Assembly: GCF_020745735.1 (NCBI RefSeq) | Contig: NC_083409.1 | Coordinates: 11,224,820-11,288,819, forward strand | Length of the DNA stretch: 64,000 nucleotides | Source: Hemiscyllium ocellatum | Taxonomy: Eukaryota | Direction: 5' to 3' | Part shown: positions 10,730 through 24,439 of the stretch, piece by piece | Layout of the letters: the number at the start of each line of letters is the position of its first letter | Position numbering within the stretch: position 1 is the stretch's first letter | Made by a program: the position numbers and the translations under genes | The notes under the pieces: generated by a model | What the model was told of the DNA's origin: nothing | The model's database searches: none | The model's input: the letters and a program-made list of their open reading frames with translations, nothing else

Positions 10730-13550
10730 ATAGTCATAGAGTCATACAACAAACAAACAGGCCCTTCTGTTTGTCGACATGTTGATGCCAATCAGTAATC
10801 ACCAAACTCCATTGACCTGCACTTGGTCCATTGCCTTCCATGCCCTGGCATTTTCTGTGCTCATCTGGATGTTTCTTAAACGTTGTGAGAGGAGCTGCCT
10901 CCACCACCTTCTCAAGCTGCACATTCCATATTTCTACCACCCTCTAGGGGAAAAAAGTCCTCAAAACCCCTCTAAACCACTTTTTCACACGGTAAGCTTA
11001 TTCCCTCTGGTCATAGACATGTCTGACATGGGGAAAAGATTCTCACAATTGACTTTGTCTATGCCTTTCATATTTTTGTATACCTCAATCAGATCTCCCC
11101 CGAGAGAAAACATATACAGTCTATCTGAAAGAAACACAGTCTCTCCTCATAACGAACACTTTCCATCCCAGGGAATAGTCTGGTTAATCTCCTCTGCATC
11201 CTCTCCAGTCCAATCATGTTCTTCCAACAGTGTCATGACCAGAAATGTGCACTATATTCCAGACATGACCTAACCAGTGCTCTCTCAGATAACAACAAGA
11301 ATTTCTACTTCCTATATTCTACACCCTGGCTAATGATGGCAAGCAGTTGAAAATGTGTTGCTGGAAAAGCGCAGCAGGTCAGGCAGCATCCAAGGAACAG
11401 GAAATTCGACATTTCGGGCATAAGCCCTTCTTCAGGAATGGCTCTTTTTCAGCTCTTGAGATAAATGACAACACTACATTTGCTTTCTTAACCATGGATT
11501 CAACCTGCAAGTTAACCTTTAGAGAATCCGGGAACTAGCATTCCTAGATCACTTTGTACTTTGACTTTATGAATTTTCTCACCGTTTAGAAAATTGTCCA
11601 TGCCTGTATTATTTTTTCTAATGATGGCAAGCATCCCATATGCCTTCTTCACCACCCTGTCTAGCTGTGCTGATACCTTCCGGGATTGATGGACTTGTAA
11701 ACCAAGGTCCCTTTGTTCCTCAGTACTCCCAAGGAACATAAGAACATAAGAACTAGGAGCAGGAGTAGGCCAAGTGTCCCTTCAACCCTGCTCTGCCATT
11801 CAATAAGATCATGGCTGATATTTTCATGGACTCAGCTCCACATAAGTCCATAAGACAAAGGAGTGGAAGTAAGGCCATTTGGCCCATCGAGTCCACTTCG
11901 TCATTCAATCATGGGTGATGGGCATTTAACGACAGTTACCCACACTCTCCCTGTAGCCCTTGATTCATTGCAAGATTAAGAATTTATCAATCTCTGCCTT
12001 GAAGACATTTAATATTTCAGCTGCCACTGCGCTCTGTGGCAATGAATTCCAAAGGCCCATCACTCTCTAGCTGAAGAAATGTCTCCTCAGTTCTGTTTTA
12101 AACTGACCCCCTCTAAGTCTAAGGCTGTGCCCACGGGTCCTAGTACCCCCACCTAATGGAAACAATTTCCCAGCATCCACCCTTTCAAAGCCATGCATTA
12201 TCTTGTAAGTTTCTAGTAAATCTCCCCTTCGAAAGTCGAATGAATACAATACCACGATCCTCAGCCGCTCATCATATATTAGGCTTACCATTCCAGGGAT
12301 CATCCGTGTGAATCTCCACTGGACACGGTCCTGTGTCAATATGTCCTTCCTGAGGTGTGGGGCCCAAAACTGGACTAAATGGGGCCTAACCAGAGCAGTC
12401 TCAGTAGCACATCTCATTTTACATTCCAACACTCTTGAAATAAATTAGGAGAAAGTGAGGACTGCAGATGCTGGAGATCAGAGCTGAAACATGTGTTGCT
12501 GGAAAAGCGCAGCAGGTCAGGCAGCATCCAAGGAGCAGGAGAATTGACGTTTCGGGCATAAGCCCTTCTTCATTCCTGCTGTGCATTTTCAGCAACACAT
12601 TTTTCAGCTCTTGAGATGAATGACAACATTACATTTGCTTTCTTAACCACGGATTCAACCTGCAAGTTAACCTTTAGAGAATCCAGGACTAGCATTCCCA
12701 GATCCCGTTGTACTTTGGCTTTATGAATTTTCTCACCGTTTAGAAAATTGTCCATGCCTGTATTATTTTTACTAAAGTGCAAGACCTGGCATTTGCTCTC
12801 ACTGTATCTCTGAATTCCTTTATTGTTAAAAAAAATCTGTCTTAGCTTTAAAACATTTACTGAAGTAGCATCAATTTCTTCATTGAGCAAGGAATTTCAT
12901 AGATTTATGACCCTCTGGGTGAAGAAGTTCCTTCTCAATTCAGTCCTAAATCTGCTCCCCCTAATTTTGAGGTTAAACCCTCTTGTTTTAGTTTCACCTG
13001 CCAGTGAGAACATCCTCTCTACTTCTGTCTTGTCTATTCTCTTTATAATTTTATTTGTTTCTATAAGGTTCCCCTCATTCTTCTCAGTTCCAATGAATAT
13101 ATCCCAGTCTACGCAGTCTCCCTTCATAAGCCAACCCCCTCCACCCCGGTATCAGCCTGGTGAACTTTCTCTGCACCGCTCTCATGCCAGTATTGCCTTT
13201 TCCAAGTGAGGAGACCATTACTGCACGCAGTACTCCAGGAGTGGCCTCACCAGCACCCTGTACAGCTGCAACATAACCTTCCCGCTTTTTAAACTCAATC
13301 CCTTTAGCAATGAAGGACAAAATTCCATTTGCCTTCCTAATTGCTTGTTGTACCTGTAGACCAACCCTCTGTGATTCATGCATAAGGACACTCAAGGCAC
13401 ATGCCTTTCATTGTGTATATCCTTCCATTATTAGACCTTCCAAGTTCGATCACCTCAGAGGTATCAGGATTAAATTCCATCTGCCATTGCTCTGCCCAAT
13501 TTACCAGCTGACCAATATCAGACTGTAGCCTGAGACCCAGTAATCCAAGA
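10730..13550 (-). mobile_element. Stack of CR1 3' fragments with Penelope-derived hairpins
   Basis: Several HL..VQFWAPH, GHSL.(I/L)RG and FFTQRV remnants, with tails near 10730, 11735 and 11845. Confidence 0.85.
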
Positions 13551-14310
13551 TGGCAGCAGAGTAGGACACTTCAGACCGAGTTCATCTGCTCCATCTGTCT
13601 CCTTTTCTTCTTTCTATTCCACTTCTCTTATCCTTTTCTTTTGTGTTTTTCTTTTGTCCTTCTCCTTTATTTCTTCTCCCCGACACGGACTCCCAGCCTC
13701 AGTCGCCAGGCCTCTGACCCAGTGCAGACCTCATGATGTGGCTCCTTGGCTTGGTGTGGCAGGGTCCTGGCCTGGCAGGGAGACCTACCAGCCCGACGAG
13801 GCAGACTCTTGGTCCAACATGATGGCCTCTCAGTTCGATGTGGAGGCCTCTCAGCCCAGCATGCTAGACTGTCAGCCCAGCGTGATGGTCACTCGGCCTA
13901 GTGTAGCGATCTCTGAGTGGCCCAGAGTGGGTGTCTCTCATCCCACATAGTGGTCCTTTCTGTATATGGTGGCCTCTCCACCCGGGAAGGCCTCAGCGTG
14001 GACTTCTGGTCTCGAGGTGATTACTTAAAGTATGATCCCATGGTTGCTGAGTTCTTAAGAAAGGCTCTCATACTTGAACTTTCAGCTTTATTTCTTCATT
14101 TTCTACTTAAAACTAAAAAGATCTGCAACATGTAACTTTGAACTTTATTCTTTCTTTCTACCTTGTTCTTAATGATTCTGTACTGAGGTCCTTGTACATA
14201 AGATGGCGCCTTGTGAGGTGACGTTACATACTTTTCACTGTACTCCAATACTTTTGCACTCGAGTACATGTGACAATAAACTAAAATAAAAATCAAATCA
14301 AGATCAATAA
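13540..14310 (+). mobile_element. Non-autonomous retroelement with CAAGATGGC 5' end and AATAAA/(AATCA)n tail
   Basis: Starts TCCAAGATGGCAGC and ends CATGTGACAATAAACTAAAATAAAAATCAAATCAA. It interrupts CR1 sequence. Family not determined. Confidence 0.55.
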
Positions 14311-14519
14311 CACCACCAATTTATGTGGCCTCTGAAAACTTTCTAATTATACAATCACAGTCAATTTGTTAATGTACATTACAAACAGCAAGGGTCCCAG
14401 CCCCAGTCCCTGTCTTACACCACTGGTCACAGGCTTCCAATCACAAAGACAACCCTCCACCATCACTCTTTGCCTCATATTTGGATCCAATTTGCCAAAA
14501 TGCCTTGGATCCCATGGGC

Positions 14520-17500
14520 TCTTACCATGACTCCACGAAAGGCAAGAGAGGTAGGCAAGTAGTGCAGGAGTCTTCTGTGGCTATTCCCATTTCAAACAAG
14601 TATGCTGTTTTGGAAAATGTAGGGGGTGATGGAAACTCAGGGGTACTTAGCATGAGCAGCCAAGTTTCTGGTATTGACACTGGCTCTAATATAATGGGGG
14701 GTACGTCGGGTTCCAAATGATCGACTGTGTTAGGGGACTCTCTAGCCCAAGGTTCAGACAGACATTTCTGTGGCCAGCAGTGAAAAACCAGAATGTTGTG
14801 TTGCTTCCCTGGTGCCAGGATCAAGGATGTCTCAGGGAGGGTGCAGAATGTTCTTAAGGTGGAGAGGGACCAGCAGGAGGTCATTGTACACTTTGGAACC
14901 AACGACATAGAAGAGAAAATGTTGAGATTCTGAAGGGAGATTGCAGAGAGTTAGGCAGGAATTTAAAAAGGAGGTCCTCAAGAGTCGTAATATCTGAATT
15001 ACTCCTGGTGCTATGAGCTAGTGAGGGCAGGAATAGGAGGATAGAGCAGATGAATGCATGGCTGAGGAGCTGGTGTATGGGAGAAGGATTCACATTTTTG
15101 GATCTTTGGAAGCTGTTTTGAGGTAGAAGTGACCTGTACAAGAAAGACAGATTGCATCTGAATTGGAAGGGGACTAATATACTGGCAGGGAGATTTGCTA
15201 GAGCTGCTCGGGAGGATTTAAACTAGTAAGGTGGGCGGTTGGGTCCCAGGGAGATAGTGAGGAAAGATTTCAACCTGAGATTGGTAAAGTTGAGAACAAA
15301 GGCAGGTCAAACAATCAGGGCAGGCAGGGACAAAGCAGAGAACAAGGTAGGACTGATAAATTAAACTGCATTTATTTCAGTGCAAGAGGCCTAACAGGGA
15401 AGGAAGATGAACATAGGGCGTGGTTAGGAACATGGGACTGGGATATCATAGCAATTACAGAAACATGGCTCAGGGATGGACAGGACTGGCTGTTTAATGT
15501 TCTAGGATACAAATGCTACGGGAAGGACAGAAAGGGAGGCACAAGAGGAGGGAGAGTGGCATTTTTGATGAGGGATAGCATTACAGCTGTACTTAGGGAG
15601 GATATTCCCAGAAATACATCAGGGAAGTTATTTGGATGGAACTGAGAAAAAAGAAGGGGATGATCACCTTGTTGGGATTATATTATAGCCCCCCTCCAGT
15701 AGCTAGCGGGAAATTGAGTATCAAATTTGTAAGGAGATTTCAGCTATCAGTAAGAATAATGGGATGGTTACAGTAGGGGATTTTAACTTTCCAAACATAG
15801 ACTGGGACTGCCATAGTGTTTAGGGTTTAGATGGAGAGGAATTTGTTAAGTGTGTACAAGTTCTAAATTGGAGGAAGGCTAATTTTGCCAGTATCAGGCA
15901 CGGTGGCACAGTGTTTAGCACTGCTGCCTCACAGTGCGAGAGATCTGGGCTCAATTCCCACCTCAGGCAACTGTCTGTGTGGGGTTTGCACATTCTCCCT
16001 GTGTCTGCATGGGTTTCTGTATAGAACAGATCCAGAAGTTGAAGTTCTAAATTTGGAGGAAGGCTAATTTTGCCAGTATCAGGCAAGAACTCTGAAAAGC
16101 TGATTGGGGACAGTTGCTCGCAGGTAAAAGGACAGCTGGAAAATGGGAAGCCTTCAGAAATGAGATAATTTGAGTCCAGAGATAGTATATTCTAGTTACA
16201 GTGAAAGGAAAGGCTGGTAGGTGTAGGGAATATTGGATGGTGAGAGAAGTTGAGGGTTTGGTTGAGAAAAAGAATGAAGCATATGTCAGGGATAGACAGG
16301 ATAGATTTAGTGAATCCTTAGATGCACTGCAAAGGCAGTAGGAGTATACTTAAGAGGGAAATCAGGAGGGCAACAACATGAGATAGCTTTGGCAAATAGA
16401 GTTAAGGAGAATACAGAGGGGTTTTATGAATACATTAAGGACAAGAGGGTAACTAAGGAGAGAATAGGGTCCCTCAAAGATCAGCAAGGCGACCTTTGTG
16501 TGGAGCCGCAGGAGATGGGGCAGATACCAAATGAGTATTTTGCTTCAGTTTAACTGTGAAGAAGGATATTGAATATATAGAATGTAGGGAAATAGATGGT
16601 GATATCTTGAAAAACATTCGTATTTCAGACGAGGAGGTGCTCGATGTCTTGAAATGCATAAAAGTGGATAAATCCCCAGGACCTAATTAGGTGTACCCTA
16701 GAACTCTGTGGGAAGCTAGGGAAGTGATTGCTGGGACTCTTACTGTGATACTTGTATCCTCAATAGTCACAGATGATGTGCCAGAAGACTGGAGGTTCAC
16801 TAATTGGTGCCACTATTTAAGAAAGTTGGTGAGGACAAGCCAGGGAACTGTAGACCAGTGAGCCAGACGTTGGTTGTGAGGAAGTTGTTGGAAGGAATCC
16901 TGAGGGACAGAATTTCCATATATTTGGAAAGGCAAAGACTGATTAGGGATAGTCAGTATGGTTTTGTGCATGGGAAATCATGTCTCACAAACTTGATTGA
17001 GTTTTTTGAAGTAACAGAAAGAATTGATGAAGGCAGAAGGTTAGACAGGATCTGAATGGACTTCAGTAAGGCATTCGACAAGGTTCCCCATGGGAGGCAG
17101 GTTAGCAAGGTTAGATCTCATGGAATACAGGAGAACTAGCCATTTGGATACAGAACTGGCTCAAAGGTAGAAGACAGAGGGTGGTGGTGGAGGGATGTTT
17201 TTTAGACTGGAGGCCTGTAACCAGTGGAGTGTCATAAGGATTGGTCCTGGGTCAACTACTTTTTGTCATTTACATAAATGATTTGGATATGAACATAGGC
17301 AGTAGAGTTAGTAAGTTTGCAAATGACACCAAAATTGGAGATGTAGTGGACAGCGAAGAAGGTTGCCTCAGATTACAACAGGATCTTGATCCGATGGGCC
17401 ATTGGGCTGAGGAATGGCAGATGGAGTTTAATTTAGATAAATGCAAGGTGCTGCATTTGGGAAAGCAAATCTTAGCAGGACTTATACACTTAATGGTAAG

Positions 17501-18220
17501 GTCTTCGGGAGTGTTGCTGAACAAAGAGACTTTGGAGTGCAGGTTCATAGCTCCTTGAAAGTAGAGTTGTAGGTAGATAGGATAATGAAGAAGACATTCG
17601 GTATGCTTTCCTTTAATGGTCAGAGTATTGGGTAGGGGAATTGGGAGGTCACCGAGGACACTTTTGGAGTATTGCATTCAATTCTGGTCTCCTTCCTATC
17701 AGAAAGATATTGTGAAACTTGAAAAGGTTCAGAAAAGATTGACAAGGATGTTACCAGGGTTGAAGGATTTAAGCTATAAGGAGAGGGTAAATAGGCTGGG
17801 GATGTTTTCCCTGGAGTGTCAGAGGCTGAGGAGTGACCTTACAGAGGTTTATAAAATTATGAGGGGCATGGGTAGGGCAAAGAGACCAAGTCTTTTCCCT
17901 GGGCTGATGGAGTCCAGTAATAGAGGGCATGGGTTTAGGGTAAGAGGGGAAAGATATAAAAGGGACTTGAAGAGCAACTTTTTCACGCACAGGGTGGTGC
18001 GAGTGTGGAATGGGCTGCCAGAGGAAATGGTGGAGGCTGGTACAATTGCAACATTTAAAAGGCATCTGGATGGGTATATGAATAGAAAGGGTTTGGAGGA
18101 ATCTGGGCCAGGAGTTGGCAGGTGGGACTAGATTGGGTTGGGATGTCAGGTCAGCATGGACAAGTTGGACCAAAGGGTCTGTTTCCATGCTGTACATCTC
18201 TTTGACTCTGTGACTCTAGG
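14520..18220 (+). mobile_element. Decayed near-full-length CR1
   Basis: IPISNKY esterase-type ORF1, APE domain (AITETWL), RT ORFs at 16804-17055, 17241-17558 and 17616-18131, and a GACTCT tail. Confidence 0.9.
15897..16020 (+). mobile_element. 5' half of an HE1-like SINE inside a CR1, flanked by a 43-bp duplication
   Basis: Starts GGCACGGTGGCACAGTGTTTAGC. 15858-15900 is repeated at 16042-16085. Confidence 0.85.
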
Positions 18221-19054
18221 AGGAGGCTGTTCAGCCCATCATGTCAGTGCTCACTGTTTACTCACCTCACTCACAATGAACATCTCTATTGAATGTCTAT
18301 TGTTGGGAAGTAGTTGAATCTGGTTTTAGAGACAGAATGTCTGACAAATATGAGCAGATCAGAGTAAGTCAGCATGGATTTAAAAAGGGTCAGATATCTT
18401 TAATTAACCTGGTTACATGTTTTAACGAGGTCACTAATGTGTGACATAAGGGAATGTGTTGTTTATATGGACGTCCAGATGACATTCAAGGAAGTTCCAC
18501 ACAAGTGTTATAATGTTATAGTTGGAACAAAGAGATGACAGATAAACATATTCTGGATCTTTCTGCTCAAATGAATTCTCAAATAAATCTCAGACATGTT
18601 GGTGAACTTGGAGTTTTATCAGAGGAAGGAGCGGAAGGAAGTCAGTTGTTGGGGGAAAATGGTTCTGGGAAAACTAAAGTGTGTTAAATCAGCAGGGCCA
18701 AATAATCTATTTTCAGGAGTGCTTCAGGAAGTGGTTGTAAAATATTAGAAACATTGATGGTTATCTGTTTCTCAACTGTGGAATAGATCCTACAGAGTGG
18801 AGGGAGTTAATTTAACAAATTATTGAAAGAGAGAGAGAGAGAGAGGGAAAATAAGAAATTTTAGACCAATTAGCCAGAAATCAGCAGTGGAGAAAATGCC
18901 CAAGTTCATTATAAAATATTTTATAGCTTAGCACTTTGTAAACAGTGACAGAACTGGACAGAGTCAGCATGGATTGTCGAAAGGGAAATCGACTGGAATT
19001 GTGTGAGGATGTAGCAAGTGGATTTGATAAGGGGGGCCCATGGATATGGTTTGT

Positions 19055-22000
19055 TTGGACTTTGTAAGGGGAGTAGATCGGCGGTTCTGTGGTCAAAAAC
19101 GAGACTCACGAATAGCATGTTGCCTCCCAGTTATACGGCTCAGGGATGTCTCAGATCGGCTGCAGGATATTCTGAAGGCAGAGGTGAACAGCTAGCTGTG
19201 ATGGTTCATGTAGGAATGATATTGGTAATAAATGGAATGAGGTCCTACAAACAGAATTTAGGGAGTTAGGAACCATATTAAAATTCCTGAATAAAGGAAG
19301 TCAGGGGTCTGAGTTGAGTATGGTTGCCATTACAAAAGCGATAGTGCTAGAAAAGCTAAAAAGTCTTAAAATTGATAAATCTCCTGGCCCCGATGGGATA
19401 CATCCTAGAGGTCTGAGAGAGGTGGCTGAGGAAATAGAAGAGGCATTGGTTGAGATCTTTTAAGAGTCACTGGAGTCAGGGAAAGTCCCGGATGATTGGA
19501 ATATTGCTGTAGTAACCCACTTGTTCAAGAAAGGATCAAGACAAAAGATGGAAAATTATAGGCCAATTAGCCTTACCTCAGTTGTTGGTAAAATTCTAGA
19601 ATCCATCATTAAGGATGAGGTTTCTAAATTCTTAGAAGAGCAGAGTCTGATTAGAACAAGTCAACGAGGATTCAGTAAGCAGAGGTCATGCCTGACAAAT
19701 CTGTTGGAATTCTTTGAAGAGGAGACAAGTAGGTTAGACCAGGGAAACCCAGTGGATGTGGTCTATCTAGACTTCCAAAAGGCCTTTGATAAGGTGCCAC
19801 ACGAGAGGCTGCTGAGCAAGGTGAGGGCTCATGGTGTTCGAGGTGAGCTACTGGGATGGATTGAGGATTGGCTGTCTGACAGAAGGCAGAGAGTTGGGAT
19901 AAAAGGTTCTTTTTCGGAATGGCAGCCGGTGACAAGCGGTGTCCCATAGGGTTCAGTGTTGGGGCCACAGCTGTTTGCATTATATATATTAATGATCTGG
20001 ATGAAGGGACTGGGGGCATTATAACGAAGTTTGCAGATGATACGAAGTTAGGTGAACAGGCAGATAGTACTGAGGAAGTGGGGAGGCTACAGAAGGATCT
20101 AGACAGTTTGGGAGAGTGGTCCAGGAAATGGCTGATGGAATTCAACATGAGCAAATGCGAGGTCTTGCAGGTTGGCAAAAAAAAGCATAGGCTACTTTCT
20201 AAATGGTGAGAAAATTCGTAAAGCCAAAGTACAAAGGGATCTGGGATTGCTAGTCGAGGATTCTCTAAAGGTAAATATGCAGGTTGAGTCCGTGATTAAG
20301 AAAGTGAATGCAATGTTGTCACTTACCTCAAGAGGGTTGGAATATAAAAACACCGTTGTGCTACTGAGACTTTATAAAGCTCTGGTTAGCCCCATTTGGA
20401 GTACTGTGTCCAGTTTTGGTCCCCACACTTCAGGAAGAACATACTGGCACTGGAACGTGTCCAGTGGAGATTCACACGGATGATCCCTTGAATGGTAGAT
20501 CTAACATATGAGGAACGGCTGAGGATCCTGGGATTGTATTCAGGGGAGATTTAATAGAGACATACAAGATAATACATGGCTTGGAAAGGGTGGAGGCAAG
20601 GAAATTGTTTCCGTTAGGAGAGGAGATTAGGACCCGTGGACACAGCCTTAAAATTAGAGGGGGTAAATTCAGAACAGAAATGCGGAGACATTTCTTCAGC
20701 CAGAGAGTGGTGGGCCTGTGGAATTCATTGCCGCAGAGTGCAGTGGAGGCCGGGACACTAAATGTCTTCAAGGCAGAGATCGATCGATTCTTGTTGTCTC
20801 GAGGAATTAAGGGCTACGGGGAGAATGCGGGTAAGTGGAGTTGAAATGCCCATCCGCCATGATTGAATGGCAGAGTGGACTCGATGGGCTGAATGGCCTT
20901 ACTTCCACTCCTATGTCTTATGGTCTTTTGGTCTTATGGTAGGATCTCAGAGGTAGTAATCTCAGGATTGCTCCCAGTGCCATGTGCTAGTCAGAGTCGA
21001 AATGAAAATATTGGCAGGATGAATGCGTGGCTTGAGAGATGGTGCAGGAGGGAGGGGTTCAGACTTTTGGGACATTGGGACTGGTTCCTGGGGAGGTGGG
21101 ACAATTACAAATCGAGTGGTCTACACCTGGGCAGGACTGGAACCAATGTCCTGAGGGATGTGTTTGATCACACTCTTGGGGAGGGTTCAAAATAGTTTAG
21201 CAGAGGGATGGGAACCAAATGAGGAGGTTAGTGGGCAATAATGAGGGAGTAACTAAAGCCTGTCAGGAACTAGATATTGAAGTCAGCGTGACTAAGGTTA
21301 AGAGTAGGTAGGGAGCAGATGATGAACGCAAAGGAACAAATGGTCTTAGGCACATTTGTTTTAATGTGAGAAGCGTAGTAGGTAAGGCAGAGGAATTTAG
21401 GGCTTGGATTAGTATCTGGGAGTATGATGTTATTGCTATTACTGAGACGTGGTTGAGGGAATGGCAAGATTGGCAACTAAATATCCCAGGATACAGATGT
21501 ATCAGATGGGTTCGAGAGGGAGGTAAAAGGGATGGAGGAGTTGCATTACTGGTCAGAGAGGATAGAGAGGATATCACAGGTGTGCTGAAGGAGGGCACTA
21601 TGGAGGACTCGAGCAGTGGGGCAATATGGGCAGAGCTCAGAAACAGGAAGGGTGCAGTAACAATGTTGGTGCTATCCTACAAGCCTCCTAACAGTGAACG
21701 TGAGATAGAGGTACAAATATGTAAACAGATTATGGAAAGATGTAGGAGTAACAAGGTGGTGGTGATGGAAGATTTTAATTTTCCCAACATTGACTGGGAT
21801 TGACTTAATGTTAGAAGTTAAGATGGAGCAGAATTTGTAAGGAGCATCCAGGAGGATTTTACAGAGTAATGTGGAAATAGTCTAACTCAGGAAGGGGCCA
21901 TACCGGACCTGGTATTGGGGAATGAGCCCGGCCAGGTGGTTGAAATTTCAGTAGGGGATTATTTTGGTAACAGTGACCACAGTTCCATAAGTTTTAGAAT

Positions 22001-24430
22001 GCTCATGGACAAAGACGAGAGCGGTCTGAAAGGAAGGCGGCTAAACTGGGGGAAGGCCAACTATAGAAAAATTTGGCAGGAGCTGGGGAATGTGGATTGG
22101 GAGCAGCTGTTTAAAGGGAAATCCACATTTAGACCATAAACCATAAGACATAGGAGTGGAAGTAAGGCCATTCGGCCCATTGAGTCCATTCCGCCATTCA
22201 ATCGTGGCTGATGGGCATTTCAACTCCACTTACCCACATTCTTCCCATAGCCCTTAATTCCTTGTGACATCAAGAATTTATCAATATCTGCCTTGAAGAC
22301 ATTTAGTGTCCCGGCCTCCACTGCACTCTGCGGCAATGAATTTCACAGGCCCACCACTCTCTGGCTGAAGAAAAGTCTCTGCATTTCTGTTCTGAAATTT
22401 GATATGTGGGAGGCTTTTAAAGAGAGGTTGACTAGAGTCAGGACAGACATGTCAATAAGGGATTGAAATGGCAGGATTAGGAAACGCTGGATGACAGATG
22501 AAATTGTGAGACTAGCTAAGAGGAGAAGGGATGCATACATAAGGTCTAGGTAGCTGAAAACAGACAAAGCTTTGGAAGAATATCGTGAAAGTAGGACCAA
22601 TCTGAAGTGAGGAATTAAAAGGGCTAAAAGGGGTCACAAAATATCATTCACAAACAGGATTAAGGAAAATCCCAAATCCTTTTATTCATATATAAGGAGC
22701 AAGAGAGTGACTAAAGAAAGAGTTGGCCCACTCAAGGACAAAGGAGGAAAGTTATGTGTGGAGTCAGAGAAAATGGATGAAATTCTTAATGAGTGATTTA
22801 CGTTGGTATTCACCAAGGAGAGGGAAATGACAGATGTTGAAATTGGGGATAGATGTTTGATTACTCAGGTTCAAGTCGGTTTAAGGAAGGAGGAAATGTT
22901 GGGTATTTTAAAAGGCATCAAGGTGCACAAGTCCCCAGGTCAGGATGGGATCGATCCCAGCTTACTGAGGGAAGCAAGAGAGGAAATAACTGGGGCCTTA
23001 ATCGATATCTTTGTAGCAACCTTGAACATGGATGAGGTCCCAGAGGACTGGAGAATTACTGATGTTTAAGAAGGGTAGCCAAGATAATCCAGGTATGAAC
23101 CAGTGAGCCTGATGTAGTGGTAGGGAAGCTGCTGGAGAAGATACTGAGGGATAAGATTTATTTACATTTGGACGAAAATTGATTTATCAGTTATAGGGTG
23201 CATGAAGTTGTGCAGGGAATGTCATGTCTTACCAACTTTATAGAATCTTTTGAAAAAGTGATGAAGTTGATTGATGAGGGAAGGGCTGTGGATGTCATAC
23301 ACATGGATTTCAGGAATGTGTTTGATAAAGTTCCCCATGGCAGCCTGATAAAGAAATTTAAGTCGCATGGGGTCCAGAGTGTACTCACTAGATGGATAGA
23401 GAACAGGCTGGGCAACAGGAGACAGACAGTAGTAGTGGAAGGAGTTTCTCAGAATGGAGAACAGGAATCTGTGCTGGTACCGCTCTTGTTTTGATATACA
23501 TAAATGATCTGGAGGAAGGTATAGGTGGTCTGAGTCACAAGTTTGCAGATGACACTAATATTGGTGCAGTAGCAGATAGTGAAGGGGACTGTCAGAGAAT
23601 GTAGCAGAATATAGATAGATTGGACAGTTGGGCAGAGAAACGGACGGATGGAGTTCAAATCAGGCAAATGCGATCTGATGAATTTTGGAAGATCCAAATC
23701 TGGAGTAAACTGTACGGTGAATGGAACACCCTGGGGAAAATTGATGCCCAGAGAGACCTAGGTGTTCAGGTCCATTGTACCCTGGAGGTGACAACACAGG
23801 TCGATAGAGTGGTCAAGAAGGTACATGGCATACCTTCCTTCACCAGACGTGGTATTCAGTACAAGAGTTGGAAGGTCATGTTAGAATTATATCAGACTTT
23901 GGCTTGGCCACATTTGGAATACTGTGTACAGTTCTGGTTGCCACATTACCAGAAAGATGTGGATGCTTTGGAGAGGGTGCAGAGGAGGTTCACCAGGATT
24001 GCCTGGTGTGGAGGGTGCTAGCTATGAAGAGATGCTTAGTAGATTAGGATTATTCTCATTACAAAGTCGAACGTTGAGGGGGGACCTGATTGGGGTCTAC
24101 AAAATCATGAGAGATATAGACAGGGTGGATAGCAAGAAGCTTTTTCCCAGAGTGGGGGACTCAATTACTCTGGGTTATGAGTTCAAAGTGAGAATGGAAA
24201 CATTTAAAGGAGATATGTATGGAAAGTTTTTCACACAGAGGGTGATTGATCCTGGAGCATGTTGCCAGTGGAGGTGGTAGAGGCAGGCACAATAACATCA
24301 TTTAAGATATATCTAGATACAAACATGGATGGGCAGGGAGCAAAGGGAGACAGACCATTGGAAAATTGACGATAGGTTTCAGTGGATGATATGGACCAGT
24401 GCAGGCTAGTAGGGCCAAAGGGCCAGTTCT
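19055..24430 (+). mobile_element. Host CR1 (ORF1 esterase, APE, RT) carrying nested CR1s at 19290-20940 and 22133-22405
   Basis: NAWLERWCRREGFRLLGHWD, YDVIAITETWL, EDFNFPNIDW, GNSDHSSISF, DFRNVFDKVPH and FADD. Confidence 0.88.
19290..20940 (+). mobile_element. 5'-truncated CR1 RT nested in ORF1 of an older CR1
   Basis: ORF 19521-19949 (NYRPISLTSVVGK, DFQKAFDKVPH) and a (TCTTATGG) tail. The host ORF1 reads ...ELGTILK at 19280 and resumes RISEVVISGLLPVP at 20941. Confidence 0.88.
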
Positions 24431-24439
24431 TGTGCTATA

